This document shows positions 23,437-35,053 of a stretch of 64,000 bases of DNA, one piece after another. Within the stretch, counting starts at the first letter, position 1; the number at the start of each line of letters is the position of its first letter. Source of the DNA: Blastocladiella emersonii ATCC 22665 (lineage: Eukaryota; Fungi; Blastocladiomycota). Position numbers and translations under genes: made by a program. A model generated the notes under the pieces. That model saw only the letters and a program-made list of their open reading frames with translations. It searched no databases and was not told the origin of the DNA. The DNA lies in contig JANHCV010000006.1 of assembly GCA_025594325.1 (NCBI GenBank), forward strand, positions 1,302,001 to 1,366,000. The letters run 5' to 3'.

Positions 23437-25604
23437 ATGCCCAATGTATGCTGTCATGAACCACCCTCTGCAAGCGCGAGGCGAGACCCTCACGACCGCC
23501 CACACCGCGCGCGCCACCCGTAGATCGTCATCCGCCTCCGCACCCGCGATGGGATGCAGCGCTGCTCGCTGCCCGACACGGCCGACGTCGGCGAGCTGTG
23601 GGGCCAGGTACTTTGCGCTTCTAAAAAGGTCTTGTCGAATCGGGCTGACGCGTTGAGCCGTGCGTGTAGACGGCCGCGCTCGTCAAGCGCAACGAGTTTG
23701 GCCTCAAGTCGGAGCGCGGAGCCCTACCCCGCGGCGGCGCGTCGCTCGGTCAGCTCGGCCTTAAGTACGCTTACCGCATGTCGATTCGCCGCCCCGATAT
23801 GCTAACGCGCCCCTGTACTAGGCACGGCGACATTGTCATGGTCGACTACGAGGCCGCGCCGCAGCCCGCCCCCGAGGCTGCTTCTGCCGCTCCTGACTCG
23901 GCTGCGCGCAGCAACGGCTTCGACGCGTCGGCCGCCGACGCGATCGACGTGGCGCTTGCCAAGGAGAGCGGCCTGATCAAGCGCGGCAAGGACCCTCGAT
24001 TGTACGGCTCTCGCTCTTGAACGCGGCGCCGCGAGAGCTCACGTTCTCTTCCCGTGTAGCTGCCGCCACGGCGAGAAGGGCATGTGCGACTACTGCAGTC
24101 CGCTCGAGGTACTCACTCCCGCCTCACACGCGCACCTTCGCGAACGTGAGACTCACACCCGACCGCCGCCGTGTAGCCGTACGACGCCAAGTACATGGAG
24201 GAGAACAAGATCAAGCACCTGTCGTTCCACGCGTACCTGCGCAAGCTGACGGCGGCGTCGACGCGGCAGTCGGGCGCCGCCATGGTGCACCCGCTGTCCG
24301 AGACGAGCTGCAAGGTGCAGGTCCCCTGCGGCAACTCGCACGCGCCGTGGCCCGAGGGCATCTGCTCCAAGTGCCAGCCGTCGGCCGTGTCGCTCAAGCG
24401 CCAGGAGTTCCGCATGGTCGACCACGTCGAGTTCGAGACCCCGGACCTGATTGACTCGCTGCTCGCCTTCTGGCGCACCTCGGGCCTGCAGCGCTTCGCG
24501 TACATGTACGGCCGCTTCGAGCCGTACCCGAAGGTGCCGCTCGGCATCAAGGCCGTCGTCGCCGCCCTGTACGAGCCGCCACAGTCCAACGCCAGCGACG
24601 GGCTCGCCCTCGACTACGTGCCGGGTACGCCCGACGGCGACAACGCCGACGCGCGGCTCGCGCTCGAGAACGCGGACCGCGCCGCCGCCGCGTGCGGGCT
24701 GGTCTGCCTCGGCATGATCGTGACGGACCTGATCGACGACGGCACCAACTCGGGCAAGGTGCAGTACAAGCGCCACGACAAGTCGTTCTTCCTGACGTCG
24801 GTCGAGGTGCAGCTCGCCGCACACATGCAGCGCCAGCACCCGACGCGCACGCCCTACTCGTCGTCGGGGACGTTCGGCAGCCGGTTCGTGACGTGCGTCG
24901 TGTCGGGCAACGCCGAGGGCGGCATCGAGATCGAGGCGTACCAGGTGTCGGAGACGGCAACGGCGCTCGTCGACGCGGGCATCGTCGAGCCCTCGACGGT
25001 CCCGTCCATGATGCTCGTGCGCGAGCCCACCAGCACCCTGTACGTGCCCGACATCATGTACCAGTCGCGCAACGAGTACGGCGCCGTCGTCAGCCACCGC
25101 GCCGCCCCGGCGTTCCCCGTCGACTACCTGCTCGTCAACGTCACCCACGGGTTCCCCGCGAGCCCCGCCCCGACGTTCCCTGCCGCCGCCGCGTACCCGG
25201 TCGCCAACCGGATCGCGTCCCCGCAGACCCCCGAGGCGCTCGCCCGGTTCGTCACCGCCGCGGGTGACACGAACAAGCCTGACTTCAACTTTGTCGAGCA
25301 CGTGTTCCGCACCGGGATCCTCGCGCCCGAGCAGGCCGCGGAGCTCGCCCGCGCCACGGTGCTGGGGGATGGCGGCGCCGCGGTCCGCCACACGCAGGCG
25401 TGGAACACGCTGCGCACGCTGCTCGCGAGCATGGCGCCCGCACCCGCGCCGTCGGCTCCTTCGTCGTTCGGCGGCGGCAACAGCGGCGCGGGATCGGCAC
25501 CTGCACCGGCCCCGGCCGCGCAGCAGTCGTGGAGCTGCCCGCACTGCACGTTCACCAACAGCGGGAGTGTGGTCGACTGCGAGATGTGCGGACTGCCCAA
25601 GTAA
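23437..25604 (+). CDS. NPL4: Npl4 (Cdc48/p97 cofactor) with C-terminal NZF zinc finger; 9-nt first exon and several small exons
   Basis: MPN|IVIRLRTRDG UBX-like start, CRHGEKGMCDYCSPLE|PYD, KHLSFHAYLRK, HAPWPEGICSKCQPSAVSLKRQEFRMVDHVEF, C-terminal WSCPHCTFTN…CEMC. Confidence 0.93.
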
Positions 25605-25694
25605 CCGAGCTGTGCGAGAGACAATTACAAATGGAAGACAGTTTTGTGTGCAGGGCTAAAGCGTATATGTATGGTACAGTCATGAACCTCGTTT

Positions 25695-26612
25695 TCAGTC
25701 CATGAAGAAGTCGTCGTTGTCGAGCTCCTCGTCCGCCGCGTTCTTCGCTGCCGCCTTCGTCCGTGCTGGCGCCTCGGTCTCCTCCTCGCCCTCGTCATCG
25801 GACCCGGCGCCGGGCATGACACCACGCAGCATGTTCCCAATGACGGCGTGCTTGATCTCCTCCTCGTCGAAACCCTTCTTCTTGGTCTTCTGCTTCTCGC
25901 GCTTCTCGCCCTCCTCGCCGACGACCGCGTTGACCGTCTCGGCGGCGTCAATCACGCCGGCGTCGGCGAGCGCGCGGATCTGCTCGCGGTACTCGGCGCG
26001 CTTCGCCGTGGTCTTGGCGTCCTCGGCCTCGACGCCGCCCTCGGGCCACAGCGCCACGTACTTGGTCGCGGCCGGGAAGTGCATCACGTACAGGAGGTCC
26101 AGGATCGCGTCGTCGAGCTGCGCCTGCACCGCCGCCCGGTCGGTTTCAGCGGACTCGGCGACCGTGCGGCGCAGCTTGGCGATCTGGCGCGTGGCCTTGA
26201 CGCGCTCGACGAACTTGACGGTGCGGTACATCTGGTCAAACTTCTCAACGCGGTCCTTGTCGAGGCCCTGGACGCGGGTGAGCTCGCCGCGCAGGGCGGC
26301 CAGCTTGGTCTCGAGCTTGGTGCGCGCGAAAGCGTCGAGCGACTCGCCCTTCTTGGCCAGGAACCGGTCCGTCATCCGGATCTCCTGCTTCAGCTGCGAC
26401 GCCGACTTGCGGATCGCGATCCCGTCCTTGATCTGCACGCCGCGTTTCCGCCGCGCCGGCGCGCCATCATCGCCGTCGTTGGATGAAGCGGCGGGACGGG
26501 AGGACGTGGTGTTGCGCTTCCCGCCACGGCCGCCGCGGTGCGACGAGGAGGACGCGCCGCCGCCGCCAGAGGAGCGGTTGAAGGGTTTCCCCGCGTGCGA
26601 GGTCTTTGTCAT
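25695..26612 (-). CDS. EFG1: rRNA-processing protein Efg1-like, intronless
   Basis: MYRTVKFVERVKATRQIAKL and LLYVMHFPAATKYVALWP match the Efg1 pattern (Y..V.F.ER.KA.R; Y...FP...KY..L.P); ends in an acidic DDFF tail. Confidence 0.75.
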   Translation of the reverse strand: MTKTSHAGKPFNRSSGGGGASSSSHRGGRGGKRNTTSSRPAASSNDGDDGAPARRKRGVQIKDGIAIRKSASQLKQEIRMTDRFLAKKGESLDAFARTKLETKLAALRGELTRVQGLDKDRVEKFDQMYRTVKFVERVKATRQIAKLRRTVAESAETDRAAVQAQLDDAILDLLYVMHFPAATKYVALWPEGGVEAEDAKTTAKRAEYREQIRALADAGVIDAAETVNAVVGEEGEKREKQKTKKKGFDEEEIKHAVIGNMLRGVMPGAGSDDEGEEETEAPARTKAAAKNAADEELDNDDFFMD

Positions 26613-26933
26613 TGGATTACGTTGCAGGGTTGTGTGTTTGTTGCCGGGTCGGCGTTGTGGATGGTGATGGACGGAGCAGGGGGGAGGGGGGAAACGCGAG
26701 GAAACCGGCCGTGTGTTCGCCGTCACACGCCGTCACATGAGCCGTCTCTGTCTCGCACCTGAGACGCGACGCGTCTCCCGACCACGGCCGCGGTCCCGCG
26801 GGTGTGATAGGTCAAGTACCGATCGCTGGCGATGTACGAGCTCGGAGACAAGGTGATAAGTCAAAGGTGCGAGTTTATTAAGCGCGAGGAGCTAGGGAGG
26901 GGAGGGTAATAGAGACGACAGGCAGCCCGCAGC

Positions 26934-28112
26934 TTAGCGGAACTTGCCGTACATGTACTGGTCGAGGTAGTGGACGTCGGCGTCGAGCTCGAGGGCGGCG
27001 CGCGCGACAAACGAGTCGCGGAGGAACTCGCGCGCGAGCATGACAGCATCGGCCTGGCCCGACTCGACGATCTCGTTGGCCTGCTTGGCCTCCTTGATGC
27101 CGCCGACGCCGATGACGCGGACCGCGGGCACCGCCTCCTTGATCTGCGTCGCGAACGCGACCTGGTAGTTGGGCCCGTACGCGATCTTCTGGTCCTTGTG
27201 GTTGCCGCCCGTCGAGCAGTCGACGACGTCGACGCCGAGCGCGGCGACCGTCTTGACGACCTCGATCACCTCCTGGATGTCCCACGACGACGACTCGACC
27301 CAGTCGGTGCACGACAGGCGCAGGAACACGGGCTTGGTCGCGGGCCACTCGGCGCGCACCGCATTCACGATCTCGACCAGGAACCGCATGCGGTTCTCGA
27401 GCGACCCACCGTACGCGTCGGTCCGCTGGTTCGTCAGCGGCGACAGGAACTGGTGGATCAGGTACCCGTGCGCGCCGTGGATCTCGGCCACGTCGAACCC
27501 GGCGAGCTCGGCACGACGCGCCGCCGCCGCAAAGTCCTTGATGACGCGCTGGATGTCGGCCGTGGTCATCTCGACGGGCGTCGCCATGTAGTCGGCCCAC
27601 GCGACGGCCGACGGCGCAATCACCTGTTCGGCCCAGCCGCCCTCGGCCGCGGGCACGAGACTGCGGCCGTCCTTCTCGAACAGCGGGTAGGTCGACGCCT
27701 TGCGCCCGGCGTGCGCGAGCTGGATCCCGATCTTGCCGTTGACGCTGTGGGCAAGGTCGACGATGCGCTTGAGCCCGGCGACGTGGTCGTCGGACCAGAT
27801 GCCGAGGTCCTGGTGCGAGATGCGGCCCTCGGACGCGACCGCCGTGGCCTCGACCATGGTCATGCCGACGCCGCGCAGGGCAAACTGGCCGAGGTGCGCC
27901 AGGTGGAAGTCGGTCGCGAAGCCCTCGGCCGACGAGTACATGCACATGGGGGACACGAAGATCCGGTTCGCGAACTCGACGTCGCGCACCTTGAGCGGGC
28001 GGAACAGCGCCGGCACCGGCTTGCCGCTGCCGTCCTTGGCCGCGGGGACCGAGCCGGGGACGCCCTTCTGGGTGACGCGGAACGCCGTGGGGTTGGGGTG
28101 GGTGCTAGTCAT
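26934..28112 (-). CDS. NADH:flavin oxidoreductase / Old Yellow Enzyme, YqjM-like class, intronless
   Basis: NRIFVSPMCMYS, EATAVASEGRIS, IGIQLAHAGRKAS, EIHGAHGYLIHQFLSPLTNQRTDAYGGSLENRMRF. Confidence 0.95.
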   Translation of the reverse strand: MTSTHPNPTAFRVTQKGVPGSVPAAKDGSGKPVPALFRPLKVRDVEFANRIFVSPMCMYSSAEGFATDFHLAHLGQFALRGVGMTMVEATAVASEGRISHQDLGIWSDDHVAGLKRIVDLAHSVNGKIGIQLAHAGRKASTYPLFEKDGRSLVPAAEGGWAEQVIAPSAVAWADYMATPVEMTTADIQRVIKDFAAAARRAELAGFDVAEIHGAHGYLIHQFLSPLTNQRTDAYGGSLENRMRFLVEIVNAVRAEWPATKPVFLRLSCTDWVESSSWDIQEVIEVVKTVAALGVDVVDCSTGGNHKDQKIAYGPNYQVAFATQIKEAVPAVRVIGVGGIKEAKQANEIVESGQADAVMLAREFLRDSFVARAALELDADVHYLDQYMYGKFR

Positions 28113-28189
28113 GGTGGATGTCGTTGAGTGTGTGCAAGAGCTGGCTGCTGATGAGAAGCGAGAGGAGGTGGTCGGGGACGCGGGCTGAC

Positions 28190-28370
28190 TTTATACCCGG
28201 CCGCGAACACGCGTGGTGCGCGAGGCGCGAGGCAGGCGCGCGTGCGTCTCCCGCCCGACCACACGCGCTGCCGCCGGCTTACGTGACGCGCCAAGGCGCG
28301 CTCACGCTCACGCTCTCCGTAAGCTTCCCCTCACTTCGCCTGCCGTAAGCGCGTGTCGCTCACTGACTCA
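28190..28370 (-). promoter_or_regulatory. Candidate OYE promoter: TATAAA (28190-28195) and AP-1-type TGACTCA (28364-28370)
   Basis: Both motifs read directly, about 80 and 255 nt upstream of the OYE ATG. Function is inferred only. Confidence 0.3.
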
Positions 28371-28467
28371 GCGGGGGCCGGGAAGGTCGCGGAAACGTCT
28401 ATGGGACACACACACAATGAAATGCTCGGGCCAGTGCCGCGGCGGGTGACGCGTGCTGGGAGACCGT

Positions 28468-31400
28468 CTACTTGACAGCCTTCTCGGGAGCATCAAACGG
28501 CCCGCAGAAGTCGCCACTGCTGCCGTAGATGAGCGGGTTTGGCGACGCGCCCTCGCCCTGGTTGAGGAACCAGATCGGCGCCGGGAGGTAGTGGGCGAGG
28601 ACGAGGTAGGTGAAGAGCACAGCCACGCCGGTTCTACGCGACCGCGAGGACGGCGTCAGTGAACGAGCCCTTGGGCGGCAGTGAGAAGCGGGGAGCGTAC
28701 CCAACGTCGGCGGCGGAGGCAACCACGTAGTTGTACCGCGACCACTAATTGATGTGAAAACGGCCCGGGTGAGTCGGGCACAGAGACGGATGCGAGCGCG
28801 AGCGGCGTACCCAGTCCTGGCGGTACCGGTACATGAAGAACTGGAAGAACGCGGCGACGAGGAACGTGCTGAGCATGGTGCCCTACATTGCCAGTGGCCG
28901 ACGTCAGCGAACGGTGGTCGGCAAGCAATCGCACGCTCGCGATCTCTCGTACCTGGTTGCTGCCGACGCCAGGAACGAGGAACAACAGCGGACCCTGGAT
29001 GTACTTCCACGGGATCGGGCCGCCGAGGAACACGTCGGCGAGCTTGAAGATGATGGGCGTCACGGCGCCCGCCGCGAACCCGAGCGTGACGACGGGGCCG
29101 TACGCCGACTCGAAGAAGAAGCGCTTGGGTCCGATCGCGCCCCAGATGAGCGCCGCGTTGTAGCTACGAAAAGGCGCGTGTGCGAGGTTAGTGCTTGGTC
29201 AAGTACCGCGTCTAGGCGCGGCCGACGTACTAGATGTTCGGCATCGTGCCAGTCCAGAACCTAGCCGTCCCGTTCTCCTTCTTGAACTCTTCCTGGCGCA
29301 TGATCCAGTCTTGATGGACGGGGTTGTCGACCCACATCCGCATCGTCACGTAGCACACGCCGACGGCGATGATCTGGGCCGAGATCTGCGAGATGAAGAC
29401 GTGGCGCGGCGGACTACATGGTTGACGGTCGGGTAAAGAAGTCAGTTGATGGCCATGGCCATGGTCATGGCCAAAAACGCGTCGACGGCCAAGATTCGAG
29501 AGCGAATGTACATCTTCATGTAGTGACCGAGCTTGAGATCCATGAGCAGCGTGATGCACTGGTTGACGACGCTGTACGCGATCGCCTTGAACGTCATCAT
29601 GAGAATCGGGCGGCCGGGCGCGATCAGACTACGAAGCGCGCCGAGGGGGAAAGTGAGTTGACTCGCGCCGGACCACGGTACAGCAGAGAGACTTGGCGTA
29701 CCCAATGACGAGCTCGGCAGGAACGTTGATGCCCAGCTGAGTACCGGTCGTGGCGAGCACAATGGAGACGGGGACGACGCCGATAATCGCGACACCGACG
29801 GCCAGCAACGTCGCCCACCACTCGGAGTCGAAGGCGATCTGGCACACGAGCACGAGCAGAACCTAAAGGTACAGCGATGCCATGGTGAGTTCTTAATGAA
29901 GCGCGGATGCGACGCGCACCAGGAACGCGAAACGTACTCCGACCACGACGAACAGGAAAAAGTAGACCGTGTTGGGCACCTCGGGGTACTGGTCGATGAG
30001 CTGGCAGTGCACGTCGTCCTCCTCGATGTTGCGGCGCGAGTTACGGAGGCGGCGGACGATGTCGCGGCCGTACCACGCGATGACGTGCGAGATGGCCGCC
30101 GTGAACTGGGCGAGGATGGCAAAGTACGAAATTGCGAACAGCGGGGACATGTAGATCGGGGATTTGGCCTGGTACTCCTTCTCGTTGATTCGCAACGTCT
30201 GCTTGTCCACGTATTTGCGGGCAGAAAAACGGTCGCCGTTCTTGTCGATGAGGTGCGGCACGTTGAGGACGAGCTTGTCCTGCGGCTCGCCGAACCACCG
30301 CTGGTACTTGGCCATCGGGGCGACGACCCACTGCAGGACCACGCCGCCAAAGAACATCGAGGCCGATGCCCAAAACGGCGACGACATGGCGGCCGACCCA
30401 GAGATCACGGACCAGTCGAGCGAGAACGAGAGGAGACCGACGCCCTGCATCGGCGAGCCGAGCTCGTGCAACCATGTGCTCGTCTTGGGCGCGATGAAGC
30501 AGAGAAGCGGGATCGTGCCGGCGAGCGGCGCGAGGTAACCGGGGCCGGCGAGGTGGTACACGAACGCGAGGAACACGACCAGGAAAAAGACGCCGAGCTG
30601 CGACCAGTGCTTCTTGCCGTCGTTCTCGGTCGCCTTGGCCTCGAACCGGTGGAAGGCCGAGTACACGGACACGACGGGGAGCACGGTGGGCCAGATCATC
30701 TGGATTGGGCGGATCGTGAAGCGGCGGAGCGGGCCCGACAGCGCGAACCCGAGCAGCGACGTGGCGAACAGAAACGTGAGCGAGTAGAGCGGGTTCACGG
30801 TCATGTTGAAGAAGGTCTCCTGCACCACCAGGTTCTCGGTGCCGTACACGCCGGACGCGCCCGTCGAGCCGAAGATGCCGCTATGGAGGGGAGGGAGCGA
30901 TGTGAGATGGTGAATCGAGTAGTATGAGCGATCCGGCGTACATGAGGACGTGCTCCTTGACCGTGAACGGACCCGGGTTGGTGTCAAAAGTGGTTCCGAA
31001 CGCGCGCAGGCGGATGCTTGGCACGTAGCGCTCCATGAGCTTGCCGAGCGGGTAGGCGAGCAGGATTCCGACGTAGGAGCTGATGGCAAAGTAGTTGGTC
31101 CGAAACAGGAACAACTGGTTGAGCATGCCGAGCAGGACGCTGGAAGCAAGGGAAGTCGTGGCAGTTAGTTGTGATCAACGTGGATCCGAACGTTGAGCAC
31201 GGACCAGAAGAAGGTGCCGAGGATCCAGACGCGGAACGTGAGCGAGGGCGTCTCGGGATGCTACAGGGACGATCTGATCAGTTCCTTGATCATGAGCGAC
31301 GCGTCCCGATCAAGAGCGCGTACGTCGGTGGTCGGCACAATATCCTGGACGACGCGCTCAAAGTCCTCGTCGACAATGAACCCGGACTTGGTGCTGTCGT

Positions 31401-32622
31401 GGGCGGCGGCGGCGGCGATCTCGGCGAGACCAGCCTGGCGCAGGTCCGAGAACTTGCCTTTGGTCGGCTTGTACTGCTCCGTCTCGTCGCGCGTGCGGCT
31501 GTAGCTCTCGTAGATGTTGTAGAGCTCGGACGAGTTCTCGGCCGTGTTGAGGCGCGGCCGGCCGTGTCCGTCGTCGAACGAGCGGCCGCTCGACCCGCGC
31601 CCGCCCGCACCCAGTCCGAGGTGCTGCTGCTGGTACTGCTGGTTGAAATACTCGCGCTGGTACTGGCCCTGCTGCTGCTGCTGCTGCTGCGGCTGCGGCT
31701 GCAACGACGACATGACCGAGGAAACGCCCGAGTACGCCGGCGGCGTCGACGGCTCGGCGCGCGCGCGGCCCGTGTCGGCGGGCTGGTGGCCGGCGTAGAA
31801 GTAGCCGACGTTGGGCTGCACCGAGTTCGGCGACGGCGGCGCTTGCTGCTGCAGCAGCTGCGAGCGAGGCGGCGACGAGCTCATCCAGCCGGGCGACTGC
31901 GCGCCGGCGTACGTCGGCGAGACGGGCGATCGGGGCTGCTGCGCGGTCGGCGACGGCGGACCAGCCGCAGCGGCGAACCCAGGACGCGGCGGCATGGCGA
32001 GCGACTGCGCCGGCGGCGCGTTCGCGGTCCGCGTCGCGCTGGGCGAGCGGTACACGTTCGGGCCCCCGAAGCCGGGACTGCGCAGATCCGCGGGCGGTGC
32101 GGGCGCGATACCCGTCGGCGCGGCCGAGGGTGGCGGCGGGACGCGCGGCTGCGAGCCGGACACGCTGCTGCCGGCGCGCGAGGCGGTCGACACGGCCGAT
32201 CCGGGCGCGGCCGTGGCGTTGAAGGTGTAGCCCGTGCCGTAGGTGCGCTGGGCGTTGACAGTCGAGTACGTGTTGCTCGCGGCGGAGACGGCCGAGCTGG
32301 GCCCACGCCGCCCGCCGTTCTGGAACGCGGGCCGGTTGGGGGTGGCGTAGTCGTCCTCGTCGCTGCTGTCCGTGAGGTTGGACCCCGGGTACTGCCACGC
32401 GGGCTGCGGCTTGCGCGGCGGCGTCGGATGCTGCTCCTGCGCGGGCCGAGCAGTCGACGACGAGGACACGGCCGAGGCCGCCGGCGGCACGTGGTCGACC
32501 GTGACGTTCTTGCGCGACGTTGACGAGGTGCGGCGGGGCGGACCGCCGACGCGATTGCCAGCAGTCGCGTCGCCGCGCGGATCGGACCCGCTCATCGACG
32601 TGTAGTAGCTGAGTTCCGACAT
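28468..32622 (-). CDS. OPT-family oligopeptide transporter with long low-complexity N-terminal extension, multiple introns
   Basis: Splicing joins DIVPTTD to HPETPSLTFRVWILG. Other OPT motifs: NPGPFTVKEHVL, PIQMIWPTVLP, LSFSLDWSVI, YSPLFAISY, YPEVP, DLKLGHYMK, GAIGPKRFF, YFHGIGPPRN. Confidence 0.85.
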
Positions 32623-33210
32623 AAGAGCGGTGCGCGCGCGACGGAGTGGGTGGCGCTGATGTGGCGTTGATCTGGAACGAGGCGCGTCGTTGGACCGCCG
32701 CAGGTCCCGAGCGCTGAGACGGAGAGGATGGCCAAGAGAGGAGCCCGAGGTGAGCTGGCGGGCGGGCGGAAGCTTTTGAGGTCCGCGGAGGTCGACGAGA
32801 AGAAGCGCGGTCGCGAAGAAGCGGCGCCACAGCTGCACGTCGGCTGCGTTTGCACAGAGTCTGCCGCTTCACCGTCGCATCGAGCGGCATGGGCCCGCTT
32901 CAGCCACACACGCGCGAGCATGGGCCGCTCGCTCGGCTGCTCGCCTGACTCGTTTGACTCGCGCGGTGTTTACGGACGGGAGTCGGAGATCGGCGGCAGT
33001 TCTCCTCCTCGCAGTCGATGCCCGCATGACCGTGCATTCTGCCGTGATCATGCCCCGCTCGTTGGATAACCGCATCGCAGTCTGCTGACCGCTTCTCCTC
33101 ACCAATGACCGGCGCGTGGTGGCGCCCCTCACGCGGTTGATTGAAGCCAGAAGCGGGTGGAAATTGCAAGCGATCAACGTCGGATTAAACCGGAGTCGAC
33201 ATCGCAGTTC

Positions 33211-33477
33211 GTCGCCAAGCTGTGCGCGTACCACGCGCTGTCGCAGCAGCCGGGCGCCAACGAGGCCAAGCGCGCGCTCAAGGCGTACGGGCTCGACCTG
33301 ATCAAGGGCGAGATCCGCGACAACATGAAGGCCGGTGTCCTCGAGCCCGCCATGTCCAAGATCAAGTCGCTCAAGGCCGCCACCGAGGCCGCCATCTCGA
33401 TCCTCCGCATCGACGACATGATCAAGCTCACCCCAGCACAGCAGCAGGGCCAGGACCCACATGACGAGCTGCACTAA
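33211..33477 (+). pseudogene. Inverted, 5'-truncated copy of the last 88 codons plus stop of CCT1
   Basis: 266/267 nt identical to the reverse complement of 35751-36017, with a single synonymous CGC/CGT difference. Upstream sequence does not continue as CCT1. Confidence 0.92.
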
Positions 33478-33816
33478 ACTGTGCTCGAACGCGCGGTCGG
33501 TCGGTCGGTTGGTCGTCGCGTAGTTCTAGTGCCTCCTCCTCGCATCGCTTGTCGTCGCTGACTCTTCCTTCAGTCACCGCTTTCAAGGGTCAGGAACACG
33601 GACGAGTGCGAGTGGTGAGCGAGTCACACAACGAAGAAGAGTCACGTTCAGTTCCGCAACTTCTCGAGCGCGAAAACGTTGGAAGCGAGCGGGGACAGAT
33701 TCACAAACTGTCCAAGGCGCCAACTTGAACCAGCGTGGTGCGTCCGTGCGGAGAAGGAGACGCGCGATCACAGCTCCGATCACGCGCCACGTGGGTGGCG
33801 GTGGCTCAGCTGGCCG
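33478..33816 (+). repeat. Diverged non-coding continuation of the inverted repeat (partner about 35222-35750)
   Basis: Shared blocks: TCGCGTAGyTsTAGTG…CCTCGCATC.CTTGT; perfect 24-mer CGCGATCACAGCTCCGATCACGCG (33763-33786 vs 35251-35274); 17-mer GGTGGCTCAGCTGGCCG (33800-33816 vs 35222-35238). Confidence 0.85.
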
Positions 33817-34432
33817 ACTTTCCGCCGCATATGCGTCTCATCAAACCGCTGCCAGCGCACTGCGGCAACAGTCGTGCGAAGATTAATAATGTGCATGTTG
33901 CCTAGGCCAACTGACTTGACTGTTCAATGCGCTGTAAACGACTTGCGCGGCTCCAGCCTGCCCCGCTACAAAACAGCCGCGACCGCCGACCAACCGTGCT
34001 TGTCCTCCCAAGCTCGTCCGCATCCCTTGACCGTGAAAGCAAGAAATGAGCACCACTAAACAGCTTTTCAACAAAAATGTATGCTCGCGCAGGACATCAA
34101 TGCCACTGTGATCGATACGATCGGAAGGGACTCAAGCGAGAGCCTATTCTCATTTACTGCCAGTTCGAGGGAACGGATCGTTATCTATGCGTCTCAACTG
34201 ATCCTGAAAGTGATGCGTGTACGTCCACGCGATGCGTCATCATCAAAAACCGCCGGGTATATTTCATTTTTGCTACTGATAGGCGTAACGCAAGACAATA
34301 GGATAGCGATAGGCCTCCGCCACGTCTTCGTGTAATGAAAGTGGCCGCGCTTCGCCAGGTCCTGCTGGAAAGGCTCGCTATCTGGGAGGTACCGCAGCGC
34401 GAGAGCGTCGATCCGCACTCTCCCAGCGCGCG

Positions 34433-35053
34433 CTAGGACGCGTGCGTGGGGCCAGTCGCAACTCGGAACTTGGGTACCATCGTCACACCCAACCCAATGA
34501 ATTTGCCAACGTAAGCAATAAGCTTCAGGACGCTGCAAGTGCCGGCCAACCACAGGAAGGCCATGAACACTGACGAAGAGGTGATGCAGCCAAACATCCC
34601 CACCAATAAGACGATGACACCAGTGAAGTACAAAGTGGTTCCGAGGGAATCGACCCATGATGGAACCTCACGGGAGGATACTTCCGAGGCCGCGGTCGCA
34701 CGGCGGCTTGGGCTTTTCGGCAGCAATCTACGAGTCGAGCAGGCGAGTTCAGTTTCAATTGAGCTGTCGCTGTTGGTTGCTCACGTACCGCACGTGCTAG
34801 GTTCGTGTTCGCGAGGTGCGGCCTCAACTGGAATGACAATCGCACCATCTCTTGCAGGCGAATTCATTCCTGACTTGTGTTCGCCTGCAGCCGCATTCAT
34901 GGGATGCAGAAACGCTGGGGGCCATGACATCCTGCTCAACGCTGTATGTCGGCGGCGGCATGCACTCAAAGCACCGACACCCAACTGGGTGCACAATGCT
35001 ATCGGCCTGGACGCGGGCAAGGTAGGGTTTACGAACGGTGAGCGAACGAACAA
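34433..35053 (-). CDS. Putative small spliced membrane-protein gene or pseudogene inside the inverted-repeat spacer
   Basis: Host-style intron GTACGT…CTGAAC…TAG at about 34730-34788 and a hydrophobic exon (TLYFTGVIVLLVGMFGCITSSSVFMAFLWLAG…). Simple splicing does not land in the hydrophobic frame. Confidence 0.25.

Noticed and set aside
26934-28112. Horizontal transfer of the intronless, bacterial-looking YqjM-type OYE
   Set aside because: Codon usage and GC match the host, other host genes here are also intronless, and fungi natively have this OYE class. Phylogeny would be needed.
34395-34436. Second possible Helitron end (imperfect GAGAG…CTCTC hairpin, 10 nt, CTAG) inside the CCT1 inverted-repeat spacer
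   Set aside because: Stem is short and bulged, followed by G rather than T, and has no similarity to the 19.4-kb terminus. Compatible with chance.
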